Source: a virus
Direction: 5' to 3' (one strand)
Virus record (IMG/VR): IMGVR_UViG_3300025645_000061
Span: 4,429 to 68,428 of that record
DNA length: 64,000 bases
A program made the translations under genes and the position numbers. Below are positions 59,374 through 64,000 of the stretch, one piece after another. Position 1 is the stretch's first letter; the number at the start of each line of letters is the position of its first letter. Under the pieces are notes generated by a model, which saw only the letters and a list, made by a program, of their open reading frames with translations, was not told where the DNA came from and made no database searches.

Positions 59374-59556
59374 ATGGCAAACTGGCATACCGAAACAATG
59401 GCAAAAATGAAAAACCTTTCTATTGAATCATTATATTACATTTATGATGATGCAAACAAAGCTGCCGAAATAGGCGAGAAAATAGGGAATCCAAAATCAG
59501 GACAATACCGGGATGAAGCCCATTATGCCGCAATGGAAATAAAGGCCCGGAAATAA
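59374..59556 (+). CDS. Pre-early small protein
   Basis: Own promoter and GAGAG RBS. Confidence 0.7.
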   Translation: MANWHTETMAKMKNLSIESLYYIYDDANKAAEIGEKIGNPKSGQYRDEAHYAAMEIKARK

Positions 59557-59629
59557 ACCTAAAATAAACCTTGCAAAGGATTGTGAGGTTGATACAATGA
59601 CTACACACACACAAAAGAGAGCATTTAAA

Positions 59630-59836
59630 ATGTTAATTTTCAACTATCCGAGTAAAAAAGTTTTAAAAGAAAATGTCGGTCAACCTCTTGACTTTATAGA
59701 AACTAGCATTTTTGGAAATGAATACTTGACAGACGGATTTTTAACTGGTGCGAATCGCCCGCATATAACTGGAATAGGTCGTGAGTTTTTTGCGAATGTT
59801 ACAATGGAAAACGGGCTAATTAAATCGGTAAAATAA
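59630..59836 (+). CDS. Pre-early small protein (FNYPSKKVLKE...ETSIFGNEY)
   Basis: Own promoter; start corrected to the ATG after the RBS. Confidence 0.7.
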   Translation: MLIFNYPSKKVLKENVGQPLDFIETSIFGNEYLTDGFLTGANRPHITGIGREFFANVTMENGLIKSVK

Positions 59837-59909
59837 ACCTAAAATAAACCTTGCAAAGGATTGTGAGGTTGATATAATGACTACACACACACAAAAGAGA
59901 GCGTTTAAA

Positions 59910-60104
59910 ATGAAAATGAGAGCCACACACCAAAAAACCGGGCAAGTTTTATACTTTCAAAAAGAAAACAGTGAACTTGCTTTTCCAGCTTTTCGTAAAT
60001 TTCTAGAGTCTAATTTTCCAGAAATTGATTCTGTAAAAAGCTTGACAATGGCAAACAATTTTAGAGTCTATTCTGTAGTTAAAAATTATGGTCGGAGCTG
60101 GTAA
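59910..60104 (+). CDS. Pre-early small protein
   Basis: Own promoter; start corrected. Confidence 0.65.
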   Translation: MKMRATHQKTGQVLYFQKENSELAFPAFRKFLESNFPEIDSVKSLTMANNFRVYSVVKNYGRSW

Positions 60105-60105
60105 A

Positions 60106-60303
60106 ATGAAAAAGCACTTGACAATGACAGGTATCAATGCTGGAAAAACTTATTGCTCAGAAGAGAGAAATTCTCTTGACAGGTATTGCCATTTACCGTA
60201 TGTAGCAAAACCTTTGATTTGGGCTAAAATAAATATAACTTGCAAAGGTTGTATTGATATGTTAGAAAGCACCTATGAAGAAGAACAGCTTGAATTGTTT
60301 TAA
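60106..60303 (+). CDS. Small Zn-binding protein (H/C...CH...CKGC)
   Basis: GGAG RBS; Cys/His pattern. Confidence 0.6.
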   Translation: MKKHLTMTGINAGKTYCSEERNSLDRYCHLPYVAKPLIWAKINITCKGCIDMLESTYEEEQLELF

Positions 60304-60411
60304 ATAAACCTAAAATAAACCTTGCAAAGGATTGTGAGGGTTGCTATAATGACTACACACAAAGCGAATCGAAACGGTTCGTTTCAATACACACAAAAGA
60401 GAGTAAAAAAA

Positions 60412-60708
60412 ATGTTAACTTCTACCAGTTTACAACACAAAAAAGTTAAATTAAATATTATTCGCGCTATGCATAAATCAATGAATCAAAACGTAGCGCA
60501 TGTAAGAAACAAAAAAGGCGAGGCATTTATTGCGGTACGATACGACCACACAAACGATTCTTTTGAGTTTACAAATAGAGCTGGTAAAAATTTAGCTAAT
60601 ATGATTGGGACAGCTTATATTATCAAAAGCTATGACGAAAAAATAGCAAGTGTTTTTTATCCAGAATACAAACCTTGCCGATTGAAAAGAACATATGACA
60701 TTTTCTAA
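60412..60708 (+). CDS. Pre-early hypothetical protein
   Basis: Own promoter; start corrected. Confidence 0.65.
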   Translation: MLTSTSLQHKKVKLNIIRAMHKSMNQNVAHVRNKKGEAFIAVRYDHTNDSFEFTNRAGKNLANMIGTAYIIKSYDEKIASVFYPEYKPCRLKRTYDIF

Positions 60709-60786
60709 AATAAACTAAAAAAGCCCTTGCAATAATTGTAAGGGTTGCTATAATGACTACACACAAACCCAAAAGAGAATTTAAAA

Positions 60787-60918
60787 ATGGAAATTGTAAA
60801 AATTATTAAAAGCGTAAAAACCTTAAAACCGAAAATGACTACCACCGATAAAAAAGCCATTAAGGAATTTAGAAATATCCGAAAAAATAGGCATAATAAA
60901 TGGTTGACAATAGACTAA
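60787..60918 (+). CDS. Small basic protein (43 aa), paralog of 56931..57080
   Basis: Own promoter; KKAIKEFRNIRKNRHNKWLTID. Confidence 0.65.
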   Translation: MEIVKIIKSVKTLKPKMTTTDKKAIKEFRNIRKNRHNKWLTID

Positions 60919-60973
60919 ATTTTATTGTAAAATATAAGTAACAAATTAAATTTTTCTTAAAAAGGTAAAAATT

Positions 60974-61135
60974 ATGAAATACTTTTTGTATGTAATTCTA
61001 GCAAGTGTAATATTCGCCTCTTTGATCGGCTGTGAAAATGGTGGAAGAGTCTCACATACTTACAAAGTGTGCCATATCCCACCGGGAGAAAAACTTGACG
61101 TTTGCAATTACCACGTTTACGAAGAAATACTTTAA
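60974..61135 (+). CDS. Small lipoprotein (53 aa)
   Basis: MKYFLYVILASVIFASLIG-C lipobox; AAGGT RBS; below the ORF track cutoff. Confidence 0.7.
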   Translation: MKYFLYVILASVIFASLIGCENGGRVSHTYKVCHIPPGEKLDVCNYHVYEEIL

Positions 61136-61249
61136 ACTAAAAATAAACTAAAAATAAACCTTGCAATAATTGTAAGGGTTGCTATAATGACTACACACAA
61201 AGCGAATCGAAACGGTTCGTTTCAATACACACAAAAGAGAGCGTTTAAA

Positions 61250-61999
61250 ATGTCAAAATCTCAAAATGTCAAACCTATTAAAATTTCAGGTTGTTATAGT
61301 GGAGCGGGTAAAAAATTCAATAAATTCGCTATAAGCTTAAAAGGTAATTCAAAAACAAATTGTCCTACCACCACAAGCGAAAAAGACACTTGCCCGGATA
61401 CTTGCCCATTAAAAGACTCGGGTTGTTATGCGAAATATAGCTTTTTGGGTAATTACTGGAAAAAATTATCTAATGGCGAGGTGAAAAACTCATTTGATTT
61501 TGCGGGTTTAATTAGTGCTATTCGCAAACTTCCAAAGGGCGCAATCTGGCGACATAATCAAGCCGGTGATTTGGTACACAATAGCGGCATAATCGACGTT
61601 AAAAGCCTGACATCTATTGTTAAAGCAAACAAAGGAAAAAGAGGTTTCACTTATACGCACCATTTAGCAACTCCGGAAAACGCTCTGACGGTCGATCTAA
61701 GCAACGAAAAAGGTTTTACAGTCAATTGGTCCAGTAATAACTTAGAAGAGGCTGACGACCTGTTTAATCGCGAAATAGGGCCAGTGGTAACACTATTACC
61801 TGTTGGGGCTGATAAAGTAACAATGACACCACTAGGGAATAAGGTTGTAAAATGTCCGGCTGATAAAGCTAAAAATATCACCTGTGCTAGTTGTCAATTA
61901 TGCGCGATACCTGACAGGGATTATATTATCGGTTTTGAAGCCCACGGATCAGCAAAAAAGAAAGTGAGTTTAATTGCAGCAAAGGAAATAACTGTATAA
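61250..61999 (+). CDS. Cys-rich putative Fe-S protein (gp88-like / radical-SAM-like)
   Basis: TCPDTCP...GCYA, RHNQAGD, YTH and CPA...TCASCQLC...HG motifs. Confidence 0.7.
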   Translation: MSKSQNVKPIKISGCYSGAGKKFNKFAISLKGNSKTNCPTTTSEKDTCPDTCPLKDSGCYAKYSFLGNYWKKLSNGEVKNSFDFAGLISAIRKLPKGAIWRHNQAGDLVHNSGIIDVKSLTSIVKANKGKRGFTYTHHLATPENALTVDLSNEKGFTVNWSSNNLEEADDLFNREIGPVVTLLPVGADKVTMTPLGNKVVKCPADKAKNITCASCQLCAIPDRDYIIGFEAHGSAKKKVSLIAAKEITV

Positions 62000-62086
62000 C
62001 GTTATATAGAACGTTTTAAGGGGTTTTGTGGTTAACTGATACAATCACAAAGCCCCTTGGGTTTTAACAGCTTAGAAGCAAAATTT

Positions 62087-62108
62087 AGCCTCTTAAATGG
62101 GGCTTTTT
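62087..62108 (+). terminator. Intrinsic terminator
   Basis: AGCCTC-ttaaat-GGGGCT plus T-tract. Confidence 0.65.
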
Positions 62109-62264
62109 GGTGTCTGTGTTCCCCACTTTGGTAGGTATGTTTAGGTTCTAGGGGGTTAGCCATTTCAAGCCCCAATTGCTTTCTAAGCCTATCCAAATTT
62201 TCCCCTTATGATTCTACCTATTACCCTACAAAGTGCTTTAAATCGCATTCTACGAGGTCTAAAG

Positions 62265-62637
62265 TTGGCATGATTCTTGCAACACACAAACCCTTATAAG
62301 GCCCAAATAACCCTGCAAATATCGTGCCAAGTTTTGTGAGTTTCTATGGAAGATTATGTGAGTTTCTATGGAAGATTATGTGAGTTTCTATGCAAATATC
62401 GTGCCAAGTTTTTATAAGGGTTTTATGGGGGTTTTTGGCACACTTATTGCATATGCAAATTCCATGCCAAGTTTTTATAAGGGTTTTATGGGGGTTTTTG
62501 GCACACTTATTGCATATGCAAATTCCATGCCAAGTTTTTATAAGGGTTTTTGGCACACTTATTGCATATGCAAATTCCATGCCAAGTTTTTATAAGGGTT
62601 TTTGGCACACTTATTGCATATGCAAATTCCATGCCAA
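62265..62637. repeat. Tandem array of 11 consensus sigma54 -24/-12 elements
   Basis: + sites at 62265, 62435, 62498, 62550, 62602; - sites at 62314, 62391, 62454, 62517, 62569, 62621; all TTGGCA(C/T)(A/G)-N4-TTGCA. Confidence 0.85.
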
Positions 62638-62846
62638 GTCAAATCTTATCCAGCTCCGGTGTCTTGAATTTCGGTCTCTTACGTTCCCGCTGATGTGTCT
62701 ATTATAACCCCATTCAATAACAAAAAACAACCCCTTATATGAAATAAATAAAAATAAATAAATGCAAATAAATGCAAATAAACCCTTGCAAAGCTTTTAA
62801 AAGTTGTTATAATGACTATACACACAAACAAAGAGAGTATAAGAAA

Positions 62847-63065
62847 ATGACTAAAATCGAGATGCGTTTAAATGGTTACATTTACACTCAGGCCGCTATA
62901 TTACGAGAAAGTGCAGGAGACGTTAATTTACAGTCTCTTACAGAATTGACGGCATCCTATATTGCCTACATGCGTAAAGCCGGCGCTACAGTAGAAGAGG
63001 TCAATCGGTCATGGGTAAGAACCTGCGATATGTTCAACGTTCAAGGATACGGAAACAAGGGATAA
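62847..63065 (+). CDS. Pre-early small protein
   Basis: Own promoter; start corrected to the ATG after GAGAG. Confidence 0.65.
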   Translation: MTKIEMRLNGYIYTQAAILRESAGDVNLQSLTELTASYIAYMRKAGATVEEVNRSWVRTCDMFNVQGYGNKG

Positions 63066-63090
63066 AATAAACTAAAAATAAACCTTGACA

Positions 63091-63145
63091 AAGCCCCTTG
63101 ATTGGTATGGAATCGAAAGGTTCCTTTCTGATAGGGGGCTTTTTT
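63091..63145 (+). terminator. Long hairpin terminator with nested GAAA stem-loop
   Basis: AAGCCCC...GGAATC-GAAA-GGTTCC...GGGGCTTTTTT. Confidence 0.7.
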
Positions 63146-63358
63146 ATTGTCTAGTGAATGGAACATTCGTTGCCATTGTTGTTAATAGTAGCTTTATAGA
63201 GGCCGTCAATCCATTGTATCACAATTAGGAAGACCCTTACAACCCCTTATATGAAATAAATAAAAATAAATAAATGCAAATAAATGCAAATAAACCCTTG
63301 CAAAGCTTTTAAAAGTTGCTATAATGACTACACACACACAGAAACGAGAGTTAAGAAA

Positions 63359-63568
63359 ATGGACAACCTAGAAAAACTCAACAAATGTAAAGCTTCTCTT
63401 GAGAGTCACATTGAACGCGGTAACAGCAAGAATCAGGTGAGAAGCTGGGTATTAATCGACAAGTACCACGCCCTGAAAGAAACCGCACAAGAGGAACAGA
63501 CATGGGTAGGTTGGTGTGTTGAGCGGAACTTTTCAACCTACCATGATGCGTACGACTATTGGGCTTAA
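63359..63568 (+). CDS. Pre-early small protein
   Basis: Own promoter; start corrected. Confidence 0.65.
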   Translation: MDNLEKLNKCKASLESHIERGNSKNQVRSWVLIDKYHALKETAQEEQTWVGWCVERNFSTYHDAYDYWA

Positions 63569-63588
63569 CACACCCAAGGCCATAATAC

Positions 63589-63610
63589 AACCCCTTGATT
63601 GGGGTTTTTT
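63589..63610 (+). terminator. Intrinsic terminator
   Basis: AACCCC-ttgatt-GGGGTT plus T-tract. Confidence 0.7.
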
Positions 63611-63937
63611 ATTGTCTGTTGTTAATGGTAGCTTTATAGAGGCCGTCAATCCATTGTATCACAATTAGGAAGACCCAACAACCCCTTATATGAAATAAAT
63701 AAAAATAATTATATGTTGACATTGTGTTGAGGATGTGGTTATAACTTATCATGAATCTACAGCTATTTGTATCTTCTAGATTCGTTTCTAAGCCCTTACA
63801 AATAAACCCTTATAGGTTTATGCAGTTTACTTTGGAATGCCTTAGAAAGTGTTACAGGGTGTTGTGGAGGGGGTGTGGTAGGGGTGCTAGATATTTTAAA
63901 ATCATGGAAAGGCTCCGGGGGGTATATGGGGTTGGTT

Positions 63938-64000
63938 AAACACATAGGATATAGAGAATGCTTTGTAGAAACACATAGGATATAGAGAATGCTTTGTAGA
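63938..64000. repeat. 31-bp tandem repeat running off the window edge
   Basis: AAACACATAGGATATAGAGAATGCTTTGTAG at 63938 and 63969. Confidence 0.9.

Larger units (their letters stand above)
59313..63325 (+). promoter_or_regulatory. Family of 8 repeated strong sigma70 early promoters
   Basis: -35 at 59313, 59571, 59851, 60322, 60727, 61161, 62786, 63298: A-rich UP tract, TTGCAA/TTGACG, 16-17 nt, TG-n-TATAAT (TACAAT in the 59571 copy), then leader GACTACACAC...GAGA. Confidence 0.9.

Noticed and set aside
62344-62707. Repetitive ORFs 62344..62580(-), 62368..62595(+) and 62390..62707(+)
   Set aside because: These are translations of the sigma54 repeat array: open in several frames, no RBS, and unit lengths shift the frame.
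59597-63358. Shared N-terminal peptides MTTHTQKRAFK / MTTHKANRNGSF / MQINPCKAFKSCYND as a signal-peptide family
   Set aside because: Those ATGs lie within or upstream of the repeated promoter; the real starts follow the GAGAG RBS.
1-64000. Alternative genetic code or Z-base genome
   Set aside because: Standard-code ORFs tile the genome using all three stops; no purZ-like or other base-modification genes are recognised.

Overview
This is most of a lytic, AT-rich myovirus genome with all genes on the + strand. The host is probably a marine gammaproteobacterium (inference from FabD, sigma70/sigma54/Fur/DnaA-type sites, DenV and PhoH). Layout: 1.3-7.5 kb is a six-gene appendage (fibre/filament) cassette. 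7.6-30 kb is terL, portal, protease, capsid, contractile tail, baseplate and two tail fibres. 30-49 kb holds T7-like replication genes and nucleotide metabolism genes (class II RNR, PhoH, dUTPase, dCMP deaminase, ThyX). 50-58 kb holds rIIA/rIIB, two tRNAs, denV, fabD and a lytic transglycosylase. 58.5-64 kb is a compositionally distinct pre-early-like region of small genes, each with its own sigma70 promoter. Two signals stand out. (1) The non-coding DNA at 58.5-64 kb is a dense platform of host-protein binding sites. It has a helically phased array of 11 consensus sigma54 (-24/-12) elements, 8 of them in convergent pairs with no gene between. It also has an NtrC-type box, two Fur-type boxes, two perfect DnaA boxes, five ORF-less antisense sigma70 promoters and a 23-bp palindromic repeat array that has a twin 9.5 kb away. 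(2) The appendage cassette has socket/plug domain logic (A-B, X-B, A-Y) that suggests a self-polymerising virion filament with a tip and an anchor subunit. All calls come from reading the sequence by eye; no searches or folding programs were run.
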